From: Harriotta raleighana
Lineage: Eukaryota
DNA: 64,000 bases
NCBI GenBank assembly: GCA_050575255.1
Contig: JBNZDD010013386.1
Coordinates: 124,001 to 188,000, forward strand
Reading direction: 5' to 3'
Shown here: one piece after another, positions 51,942 to 64,000 of the stretch
How the letters are laid out: every line of letters begins with the position of its first letter
Numbering within the stretch: position 1 is the first letter of the stretch
Notes under the pieces: generated by a model
Seen by the model: the letters and a program-made list of their open reading frames with translations, nothing else
Database searches by the model: none
What the model was told of the DNA's origin: nothing
Translations under genes and position numbers: made by a program

Positions 51942-52813
51942 GCATTGCTGTTCCCATTCCCATCAAAGGCCTGCAGGATAAAACAAACACCTTCATGAAC
52001 AAATCCTGCATCCTCAAAATTGATAAATTCAAAGATTTTATCATCTTCGGATCAATGGCTGCGTTTTTCATTCCCCTCGCCATCATGATCGTAATTTACT
52101 TCCTGACAATTCAAGTGCTGAGGAAGAAAGCCTATCTGATCAAAGCCAAGTCACCCCAACACTTCAACTGGGCCACTGTCTCAACAGTGTTTCAATCCAA
52201 TACGTCTCCGGAGAAGGTGGCAATGCTAAATGGTTCCCACAAGGACAGGACACTTTCGCTCTCCATTGACAACATGCCCCTCAGAAGACTCTCTACCTTG
52301 GGCAAAAAGTCTATGCAGAGCATCAGCAATGAACAGAGAGCGTCCAAAGTTTTAGGAATTGTATTCCTCCTGTTTTTGGTCATGTGGTGCCCTTTTTTTG
52401 TAACAAACGTTACTTCTGCGCTCTGCATGAGCTGTGACCCAGAACTCATTGGAACACTGATGGAAATCTTTGTCTGGGTGGGTTATGTCTCCTCAGGGGT
52501 CAATCCTCTTGTCTACACTCTATTCAATAAGACCTTCCGCCAGGCTTTCTGCCGCTACATTACATGCAACTATGCAAGAAGTAAACCAGTGAAAATGCTA
52601 AGAAAATGCTCCAGTCGGATCTCCTTTAGAACTTCCATGAACGATAATTCCAGGTTCTTCATGAGACACAATGGGCTGAACCCAATGTATCCGAGTCCTC
52701 TGCGACTGCGCAGATCTGCTCCTATTCAAACCACATCATCAGTCATGTTAGACACATTACTGCTCGCCGAGAATGAAATGGAGAAAGCAGAGGAGGCCGT
52801 GAGCTATGTGTAA
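51942..52813 (+). CDS. HTR2B: HTR2B coding exon 3 (ECL2 to C-terminus)
   Basis: GIAVPIP...FGSMAAFFIPL...NEQRASKVLGIVF...MWCPFF...SSGVNPLVYTLFNKTFR...VSYV* (PDZ-binding end typical of 5-HT2B); total CDS 1575 nt = 524 aa. Confidence 0.97.
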
Positions 52814-55576
52814 AAGGTGGTGTGTGGGGGGAAGGGAAAAAATAGCAAGTTTAAAATCTGCAGTGTGCAGGGATCGAGCTTGTGGATCAAGGCTTTACCA
52901 AGTAAATGTTTAAAGATTGCATAACGATCTTTGTGGTATGTTACTTTAATAGTTGTTTACAATACATCATCCCAGGCTGAATAGGTTTTGGATGCACTTG
53001 GATTCCTGTAAAATCACATATGAGATGCCACAGAGGACTTAACCTACTATAAACATGAACTTTGATGTAATTTATAAAAGATAGTACAAAGCCATGGCAT
53101 TCCGAATAATTTTGTTCTGCATTTCAAACTGTTATTTTATGAGCTATGTTTATCCATGTTTAGATTTACATACTACAAATTACATATTTCAGTATTTCAA
53201 ATGTGGAAAGACATGGTGTGACTTTGCACTGCAGTGAAGAGAAGTGGAGCTGCATCCTTGATACTGTACTGCTATTTACAATGGACACACGTCTGCACTT
53301 CTGGAGCTTCTCTCGTGCTCTAAGCCCCAACAATCCACTGGAAATGATAGAACAAGTGGCTTGCTAGGACACAAAATGCCACAGGGTTATTCAAGGTGGA
53401 CTTTGTCTGGTAAAGGAACCTGACCTTTTGGGAGTTGAAGAGATTTCACTGCAACAATTAAAAAGATTAAAAATTGTGTAATGCTTCAGAACTGATTTTT
53501 AAAAAAAAAATCTATTTTGACTTAAACTGTAGAGCAAGAGCTCTAATAATTGAATGTTAATGTGAACTGTTGTGATCCTTGCAGGTAAAATCTCTATATG
53601 TGTACATTTAATAATAATAACAAAGCAAATTACTGTACAATCGTGTAAAATTATGGTCCGACAAGTCAATTCTATGGTTAGATTTAATATTTCACTTGTT
53701 TTAAAAACATGACAGGATGTAAGATTGTCGAAGCAAGAGTTAAGTGAGCTCCATGTTAGAGCCTAAGAGTAGTATTAACACTGGCAGCTGTGGCATCGGG
53801 AGCTGGGTTGCCCTGGCCACTCTAGGCTTCCTTTTGCAGAAATGCCTCCCTGAAGGTTCATGCATGTCAACAAAACAGCAGTAAATTCAAGGATATTTCT
53901 GTTCATTTATCCATCTGTGTCAAAGGCAAAGACGGAGGTACAGTTCCACAGAAATAAACCCTGCAGTATCTCAAACAGATGTTAATTTTGCTTTATGTAC
54001 ACTGACAGGGAGAGTAAGCAGTCCATTCAATCATAGGGGCAAATCCACCCACCCGGGTCACAGCCAGCAGCGTGGGTGCATATTTATATATATTGAGGGA
54101 GGGATAACGACACTGGATAGAGGTCAGGAGTTTCTTGAGTACCAGGATGCTGGGATTAGTTACAACACTGTCATTCCAATTTACATTGGCTAGCTGATCA
54201 AAGGTTCAAACCTGTCCCTAAACCTTGTATGTAACAGTGGCAATTTCATGGGCAAGAGAGGAGTTGTCAACAAGCTTTTATCAATGTGCAGCTTTTAAAT
54301 GGTATTATTGCAGTGAAGAAAGTCCACAAATTGAAAGAGGGATTTTAATTCACAGATTGGAGCCATAATCCACTTGACAGTATATCCTGACAACAGTTAC
54401 ATTCTTTACTTGTAAACATTCTGCCTTCTTCTCAGTGAACCACCTAGAGAAAGGGGTGCGCAGGTAAACTCTTTCGGTCAGAATATTGGGATCCAACTGA
54501 TCTGCAATGGCCTCAGTCAACTAGTTCCTGAGCCAGGCAGTCTGCAGTATTCCACAGTACTGTTGATGACTGACAAGCTTGGCTTGTAAATTGATCTATT
54601 GGCACGCAGCTAAAGGCTGGGATTCTTCCAACTCAGCTCTTGTTAACTTGAAAGTCAAAGCTCCAACTGGTAGAATAGTCCAGGCTGGACAAGCTTGTCA
54701 GTGTTCTCAGTGGTAAATTGTGTGGTTTCTTTCAGCTGATTAAACTCCAGCAAAATCTCTCTGGAGTTCTCAAGTCTTGGTTCTTGACAGCCTAGACCTA
54801 AACTCTCCAAGGAGTTAAGCATCTCTGGGTTGGGGGAATGCACACTGCATATCAGACAAATAGAAAAAAACTACAAATAATATTTATAATGCTTTCCACA
54901 TGAGAATAAAGTCCCAAGGCACTGTATAGTCAAGAGTTCGCACCTAACTTGGAATCAACAGGGGGAAACTAACTTCAAGCAAGCCTTAAATGTAGTGCTG
55001 TTTTTATATTTCTCTCTTCCAACAGATCTGTCTGCAGCAGTTAATGTTTTGTCAATTATCTTCCTTTCCTAAAATAGGGGTAAATATCTGGTTGGTGACA
55101 GGATTTAGAACTACATGGATAGGTACCTAAGAGATATGATGGAATGCTATATGGAACATATTGCCTCTAGCCACTGGGACTATGGAAATTCCACATCATA
55201 AGAACACAGGAATGTACAGAACAGGAGACCAAATCTTTCAACTAAGCTGCAAGATTTATCAGAGTGGAGTTCAATTTATCTTCTGACAACTTGGGACTCC
55301 TAGAGAAATGACAGGGGTTGAGGAGGGGGCTTCAAAAATGTAGTAAAGTTGATGGTACAAACAGGCTCAAAAGACAAATGGATTGCTCCGGCTCACAGTT
55401 TTCTTACATTGTCAATCATCAACTGAGACACAGACCTTCAAATTAAACAATTTTATTTTTATCCAGCTTGTACTGTATTCAAATAACAGTAATAGTAATA
55501 GACGGTTACCATTCCGGAGAAGTGCTGTAAATAGTTGGTGTACTAATGATTTCCTCCCACCACTGTGGAAGGGTTT

Positions 55577-58351
55577 AAAAAGCTACACATCACTCTCTCG
55601 ATAGTCTGCTTCACAATAAGGATCGAAGGCAGTGAGATAAATGGCACTTTGCAAAGATGAAAATGAATGCTGACAGGAAACTGTCCAACAGGATGTAAAC
55701 TCCACAAATTATCAACCTTTCCAATTTACGAAAAATAAACTTTTTAGTAACTGATTTAATCACTTTGTTTATCTAGTCACAGATCATCTGCACAATTTCT
55801 GAATTCGGCTACAAATCTACTGAACAGGCAGTCCAGAGATTTCCACAGATTTCTTGGACAAGCAATGTAATTCTTTGATAAAATGTAATCCTATATGGGT
55901 GGTATAAAATCATCCTTTCACACATGAAACTCAAAGCAGGGCAATAATTCCAAATCAAATTTACAGGGTAATCAGTTACACCAAATGCAATGTTTTACTA
56001 TCAAACGTCTCCTGTAAATAATTTCAACACATTACGCTCTATTGGGGAGTGCTACACGTGGTATATAATGCTAACTAGACATCAAAACATTACACAAAAC
56101 TAGGAAGAACTACTTCTCAATCAATGAATCTACCTACCACTAAATTGAACAATGTTTAATGCGTAAAAGTCCAGAGAGAGGGAGGATACTAGGTTCAGAT
56201 CTCTCTGACCATGTCATTTAGGCATAATATTCTATTCCTTGTTTCCAGTTTTACAGTTCCACCAACATTGGCAGGTTCCTGGTCACTATTCAAGTCAGAA
56301 TCCATACAATTGGGAAATGCGGGAGGGACATTTTAGCTGATTGATATCTTGTCTACATAGCATTTGGTAAACTTGAAAGGAATCAGGAGCAGGAAACAGG
56401 TCTATGTTCCCCTCGCTCTATGGTTTGGGGCAAGGAGGGGTGCAGTGTACCCTACTGTCGTATCTGTAGCATAGCTCGAAGAACTCAGCGTTGTTCAGGA
56501 ATTGTACTTCCCCTCTGAATGGCTCATAAGTACAATACACCAGTAAATCAACAAAATAATTTCATCAGTGACAAGTAATTGAAATCAGTACTTTAAGAGG
56601 GTAGCAAAGATGTGAAACAGATTGCCCAGGAAGGTAGTGGAGGCGGATAGCATTGATAATATCAAGAAGGAATTAATAGGATTGATTGTGGTGGGGAGAA
56701 TGGGGCAAACAAGATAATGAGGAGAGGTATTTAGAAACCAGAACGAACCAGACAGACCTCAATGGTTGCTTCTGCACTTGCACATTCCTGTGTTGCAAAG
56801 CTGATTTACCACAACCTGTCTGGATCACAGTAGACTTCTTATGAAATTAAAATACCAGTTTCATTTTTTGGGTACTATTTTTCCCAAAGTATAGCATTAG
56901 ATTTTCCAAACGGACTTTCCATCTATGGGATATTAAGCTTTTGGCCTGTTGGGGCTCTTGTTCNAAAAAGCTACACATCACTCTCTCGATAGTCTGCTTC
57001 ACAATAAGGATCGAAGGCAGTGAGATAAATGGCACTTTGCAAAGATGAAAATGAATGCTGACAGGAAACTGTCCAACAGGATGTAAACTCCACAAATTAT
57101 CAACCTTTCCAATTTACGAAAAATAAACTTTTTAGTAACTGATTTAATCACTTTGTTTATCTAGTCACAGATCATCTGCACAATTTCTGAATTCGGCTAC
57201 AAATCTACTGAACAGGCAGTCCAGAGATTTCCACAGATTTCTTGGACAAGCAATGTAATTCTTTGATAAAATGTAATCCTATATGGGTGGTATAAAATCA
57301 TCCTTTCACACATGAAACTCAAAGCAGGGCAATAATTCCAAATCAAATTTACAGGGTAATCAGTTACACCAAATGCAATGTTTTACTATCAAACGTCTCC
57401 TGTAAATAATTTCAACACATTACGCTCTATTGGGGAGTGCTACACGTGGTATATAATGCTAACTAGACATCAAAACATTACACAAAACTAGGAAGAACTA
57501 CTTCTCAATCAATGAATCTACCTACCACTAAATTGAACAATGTTTAATGCGTAAAAGTCCAGAGAGAGGGAGGATACTAGGTTCAGATCTCTCTGACCAT
57601 GTCATTTAGGCATAATATTCTATTCCTTGTTTCCAGTTTTACAGTTCCACCAACATTGGCAGGTTCCTGGTCACTATTCAAGTCAGAATCCATACAATTG
57701 GGAAATGCGGGAGGGACATTTTAGCTGATTGATATCTTGTCTACATAGCATTTGGTAAACTTGAAAGGAATCAGGAGCAGGAAACAGGTCTATGTTCCCC
57801 TCGCTCTATGGTTTGGGGCAAGGAGGGGTGCAGTGTACCCTACTGTCGTATCTGTAGCATAGCTCGAAGAACTCAGCGTTGTTCAGGAATTGTACTTCCC
57901 CTCTGAATGGCTCATAAGTACAATACACCAGTAAATCAACAAAATAATTTCATCAGTGACAAGTAATTGAAATCAGTACTTTAAGAGGGTAGCAAAGATG
58001 TGAAACAGATTGCCCAGGAAGGTAGTGGAGGCGGATAGCATTGATAATATCAAGAAGGAATTAATAGGATTGATTGTGGTGGGGAGAATGGGGCAAACAA
58101 GATAATGAGGAGAGGTATTTAGAAACCAGAACGAACCAGACAGACCTCAATGGTTGCTTCTGCACTTGCACATTCCTGTGTTACAAAGCTGATTTACCAC
58201 AACCTGTCTGGATCACAGTAGACTTCTTATGAAATTAAAATACCAGTTTCATTTTTTGGGTACTATTTTTCCCAAAGTATAGCATTAGATTTTCCAAACG
58301 GACTTTCCATCTATGGGATATTAAGCTTTTGGCCTGTTGGGGCTCTTGTTC
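55577..58351. repeat. 1387-bp tandem duplication separated by one N (likely assembly artefact)
   Basis: 55577-56963 and 56965-58351; one difference noticed (G56795 / A58183). Confidence 0.9.
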
Positions 58352-60324
58352 CCCATTTGTTCATCAAGGTTCACCTCAGTCTTTTCCATTCGGTGAAACA
58401 AAAAAAGACAAGCATCTTTTCTGAATATCCACCACTCACTAAGTATGAAGTAATCTACAGCTAAATTGGATTGCAACCCAAGATGCAGCTTTCCTATTAT
58501 TTCCTACATCCCAAGTTAAACATTATTGAGAACAGAGAAAGGAAGAAATTGAACAGACAAATAATTTAATATTCTGAAGTTATGCACTCAGGTATAATCA
58601 GTTAGGTTGTAGTTTCCTTCCTTGTTATTTTTTAATTCTCTTTGCTCGGCTTTCACACAGCGTGTGAATTCATCAGTGTAGTTTTCATTAGCAATGCCGT
58701 GGAGGCAGTCTATTCCACGTGTCTGCCATTTGTAAGTATTCCTTCAAGTATAGTGAGTTTATAATATGAACAGTCCTCCTTTCAGAACTGAAGAAAAAAA
58801 AAGCTGGCAAACCCAGATTAATTAATTATGTGGAATGTCTTTCATAGATCGAATATTGCTGTCACGCAGTCATTAACACAGTCGGCTGTGTTACTCACTC
58901 TGGATTTAAACTGGAACGTTGGAACCACAGCAGAAATACATCCGAGTCTCATTTCTCTTTTGCTACATTTTCCACACTGCACAGCAGTGCCTAACTATGA
59001 GGTCCATTTACCAACTACTTCCGTAGAGCTTCTATACCAGATAGTCCCACATAATATTCTAGGTGTGGCCTAACAGCTTTAACATCTGTAGATTGCTCAA
59101 TATTATATTTTCTTTTTCAATTGTGTCGTAAATTATCTAGACATTGAGCCATACCTGCTACTCCTAGATCCCTTTCCAAGTTTCCCCCAAATGTAAATCA
59201 GTGACATTCGTTGTACATTATGTCCCACATTTTTTGGCCTCTATGTAATGCTTTACATTTTCCAGTTTCTGTCCAGTTGCATAACCTATCAAAATCTTTT
59301 TCTGCAAATATTCTTATGCATTTACCATCCCTATCATTCCTTAATTTTGGGGCTATGGTTACCCAATTATTAATGATAATATTATTGCATTTGGTCTAGT
59401 GCCTTTCACATCCGAAGGATGTTTCAAAGACCTGCACAGGCTTACCTGCAAAGTGTAGTGACTGCATATTACAGTAAAAGAACACAGTAGTCACTTTGGA
59501 CACAGTGATGTCTCACAAATAGGTAAAAGTTTATACAGTAGTAGTTTTCAGTATCCTTGCCAATCATGTAGATCATAAACAAGAAATGTCCAAGCACTGG
59601 GCCCTTGTGGCATTCGCTCAACTCTTCCTGACCTTGACACTCTTATTTCCAATTCTTCACCAATTTTGCTTGTCTTACGCTCTACCCAAAGAACCTGATG
59701 GCTTTGCTGAAATTCATTCTTAGAAGATTCAAATTGAGTTTTCTCAAAAGACCTTTAGTTAACCCAACATCATACTGTCTATCTATCTTATCTCATGGGT
59801 AGATAGGGATTTTCTGGGAAGTGAAGAGATTTAATGAGGATGACTAAATGCTAAGAAACAATTGTAATTGCCTTGGAGAATAAATATACAGAAAGTTATA
59901 GTGAGTCAATCTCAGGTCTTTCTCAGAAAAACAATGGTTGAACAAATCATCTGGCCTCGGTCCTGGAATGCTCCAACATTTGTTATTGTACTCAGGTGGT
60001 CTATCGCTCCTGGCTCAACAAGTCATAACAAATCTGATTAGACTTCACCTTCATTCTCTCAAAGCAAATTCAGGCAGGCAGGAATGTAAACTATCATTAA
60101 ACAAATTAACACAACTCATAACTTAAGGGCTCTGAAAGATGGAGTCGAGTATTACAAACATTTGAAGAGATGACCACTGCAGAATATATTCCTCCGCCCA
60201 ATTAACCTTGTTCTTTTTAGCTGCATCAAACAATATTCAACAAGAATTGCTGTGATTAAATAAACAAGTATGAAGATTCTTCAGCATTACTCAAAAACTT
60301 ATAGGCAGTGTAATAACAACTGGC

Positions 60325-60545
60325 AGGAGGGGTTTCTGCCCCCTGCCTCTGGAACTCCATTCTCTGCCTCGCTTCGTCTCTTGCCTCCTTCAAGACCCAT
60401 CCCAAAATCCTCCTCTTCAAATGTGCTTTCAATTACCCTTCCCAAACCGACACCCAGCTCGGGCCTGAAACACTGATTGTCCATCACCTTGGGATGTTCT
60501 CCTGATGTGAAAGTCCGTTTACAAATGTAATTTTGCTGTTGTACT
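60325..60545 (+). mobile_element. L2 3' fragment
   Basis: ctctggaactcc...cccagctcggg...ccttgggatgttctcctgatgtgaaag...aattttgctgttg. Confidence 0.72.
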
Positions 60546-61290
60546 AAATTTACCCCAAAAAGTTAAAACTAGATTCAAGAATCTTATCATTGTTGGTGGG
60601 CCACTGTTGAAACAGATTTACTGCTATTTATGACTATAAGATCCAGCTTTCAAAGCACTTAATTTTGTGAAGGTCGCTTATTATTTAAAGATAATAGGAG
60701 GATTGCCAAAGAAAGGTACTAATACTTCTCCTGGGTCAGTCCACCAAGAGAGGCCTCAGATCACAAGGGAAAGAACACCGACTCCAACAATTTTCTATTC
60801 CTTTCTTCCCTCAGATGACGTGGAATAGACTGACAAAAAAGTAACTGAGTCCAAAGTAAATCAGTTCAGAGTTTGAACTTGGGTATCCTTATATACTGCT
60901 CATACAGCTTATGAATTCACGTCTGGCAAAATTACAAAGTAATTCAGTATTTTTATATTCAACAAGGAACGTATCCAATCATATTTTTTTCCATTGATTA
61001 AATATGACAATTTTCTAAATGGAAACCAAACTTTAATCTCACCCAGACATGTATTTTCAAGGGGAGGAAAGGATTTTTGTCCTTCCCGAAGGAAGTCACT
61101 TCTTGTATATTATCACTAAGTCTAAAATGACATTTAAGTCTCACTTCAGTTGCAACTAACAACCAGGAACCAGACTGACTGTGTAACACTCAGAGAAACA
61201 ATCTGCGATAGAATGTCTGGGGGAGAAGTGGAAAGATGAAATAGACTGAAAGGAATTTCTTTGTGTATACACAAGAATTGGTTCTAATCA

Positions 61291-61506
<216 letters not shown>

Positions 61507-62334
61507 CTAAAAGATCAAAGCAACACACTCAATGTGGAGGAAGTTCCTCATATACTCATTGCAAGTCATATTCCAGAAATACCCAGAAGTTAGAGTCAGC
61601 CATTGAAATCCTTCCACATAGTGTAGAACAGGCAAAACAAAAAAAACTAGAAGAACCCAAATGTAAACAGCCAATTACAAATTTGTAAAATAATTTGGGG
61701 GAAAGGTACATATTGGTTCTCTGAGTTATTCTGAGGCTTGTACTGCATTTTTCTCACCTGGAATTTAAAAGAGCCATTCACCATGATTTAGAAACCCCCA
61801 AAAAAATCACTGAAACTTCCAGAATTATGTTGTTTATTTTCACGACTCAAGGGTTAAATAATTTTTTTCCTTGATGCCTCACTATATTCCCCAGCGCTGC
61901 CAGTTTCACATCTGGTCTCTAACCAGTTTGCCTCACACATTTGATGCAACATAATTTTAAAAAGATGTTGTAAAGTGACTGAAAATATAAATCGCGCAGT
62001 TGGAACATGCAGTAATTATTTAATGAACTTAAATTTAAAGACTTTTTGGTCAATATTCACGTCATAGTTCCTCTCTCACTCTCCCAATGTTCTCATTGTT
62101 GAACGTTTGCGATCCCATAGATAACAAACCAAATCATAGCAGTTATCTCTACTCGTTCCAATAGTTCTTCCTTGTATATAACTGTTCATCATATTTAAAC
62201 TTTTAGCACTATTTTAGTTTAACTTGTTAATATTATTGCAGCAAAATATAATTTATAAATAAATTCATACTAATTTTAGGAATTAAACTTGCAGTAAGTT
62301 TTAATTTTTAAAGAGAAAAAATAGGATCCATTTA

Positions 62335-62544
<210 letters not shown>

Positions 62545-62654
62545 CTAAGTTTCACATTTGAAAGACCTTCCATTTATGCACAAATAAAGACTTTAGATGA
62601 CTTTCACTGCTTCCAGCTTTCTGGAAACTTCTTTCTAATGTACTTTCAGTGTGT

Positions 62655-63378
62655 GAAGGGGTGTGTAGGAACAGAGAGACCTGGGGGTTTATATGAGTAA
62701 TTCTTTGAACATGGCAGTACTGGTAGACAAGGCTGTCAAAAAAGCATACAGGATACTAGGCTTTGTAAATAGGGGCATAGAGTACAAAAGTCAGCAAGTT
62801 CTGACTAAACTCTACAAAATTTTGGTTAGGCCTCACCTACAATTCTGGTCACCACACTTTAGGAAGGATATTAAGGCGTTAGAAAGGATACAGAGGAGAT
62901 TTACGAGGATGGTACCAGGAATGAGGGACTTCAGCTATGAGAAAAGGCTAGAGAGGCTAGGTTTATTCTCATTGGAACAGAAAAGGTTGCGAGGAGACCT
63001 AATAGGGGTTTTTAAGTTCATGAGGGGCTTCGACAGAGTAGACAGGGAAAACTGTTTCCACTGGTGGGCGTATCAGTAACTCGTGGTCACAGATTTAAAA
63101 TAGTTTCAAAAAGAAGCAGACGGGAGGTGAGGAGAAATGTTTTCACTCAGCGAGTTGTTCGGATCTGGAATGCATAACCTGAAAAGGTGGTGGAGGTTGA
63201 TTCGAAAACAACTTTTAAAAGAGAGGTAGACATTTATTTGGGGAGGACGGGTTTGCGAGGTTATGGGGAGAGAGAGAGCTGGGGAACGGGATTAAATTGC
63301 TCTTTTTAAAGAGCCAGCACAGACTTGATGGGACGAATGGCCTCCTTTTGTGCTGAAAGATTCTATGATTCTATGAAA
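62655..63378 (+). mobile_element. CR1-type LINE, 5'-truncated 3' end
   Basis: ORF2 C-terminal peptide KLYKILVRPHL...ALERIQRRFTRMVPG...YEKRLERLGLFSLEQKRLRGDLI, a frameshift, and an (ATTCTATG)n tail at about 63360. Confidence 0.92.
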
Positions 63379-63416
63379 TCTTTTAGAGCTTTCAACCTCC
63401 ACAATGCCAACAATCA

Positions 63417-63737
<321 letters not shown>

Positions 63738-63896
63738 TTAGGAGGATGAGAGTCACGAGTCGACTGATCTCAACTGACAATGTCCTTGTGTGAAAATAGG
63801 TCTAAGCAGCTTCACAGCACCTCAGGAGATAAACCATCTCTTATTTCAAAACGTGTAATTACTGGCAACCAACAAACATGATTTCTCCTTCCTTAC

Positions 63897-64000
63897 CAGT
63901 TACTGCATCATCCTGATACAGGTTTGTTTTGAGCAGGTCATAAACATCCTGTCGTGCAGTACCCAGCGAAGCCAGACCAAGTCCCAGACACCCGCCATGG
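63897..64000 (-). CDS. PSMD1: PSMD1/RPN2 coding exon (~exon 13, truncated by window edge), PC-repeat region
   Basis: Reverse complement translates [34 protein letters not shown](G), matching RPN2; donor G|GTAAGG at 63896. Confidence 0.96.

Noticed and set aside
53953-53958. HTR2B polyadenylation signal
   Set aside because: One of several AATAAA/ATTAAA candidates downstream of the stop; it cannot be chosen without transcript data.
55577-58351. 1.4-kb tandem segmental duplication as a biological event
   Set aside because: The copies are joined by a single N and differ at only one noticed base, which is typical of overlapping contig ends or two haplotypes scaffolded in tandem.
62693-63079. 128-aa ORF as a host gene
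   Set aside because: It is the C-terminal part of CR1 ORF2, frameshifted and 5'-truncated.

Overview
Vertebrate nuclear genomic DNA. The repeat content (tRNA-headed SINEs, Deu-domain SINEs, L2 and CR1 LINE fragments) suggests a cartilaginous fish, but that is an inference. The minus strand carries the 3' half of PSMD1 (26S proteasome subunit RPN2): 12 coding exons from the window edge (64000) to the stop at 20163, plus a probable non-coding last exon at about 18920-19091. A complete three-coding-exon serotonin receptor gene, HTR2B (41257-52813, 524 aa), sits on the plus strand inside the ~25 kb PSMD1 intron, the nested antisense arrangement known from human. Bases 1-18900 contain no recognisable coding exon. 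Points that stand out: (1) a perfect 85-bp inverted repeat brackets one symmetric 93-nt PSMD1 exon; (2) two long near-perfect hairpins lie at 39561-39723 and 48321-48537; (3) each gene has one GC-AG intron; (4) HTR2B has an extended N-terminus with two upstream ATGs; (5) several retroposons are nested or have swapped 3' tails. Assembly issues: an 898-N gap and a 1387-bp duplication joined by a single N, which is probably an artefact. PSMD1 exon numbers follow the human gene from memory, and repeat boundaries are approximate.
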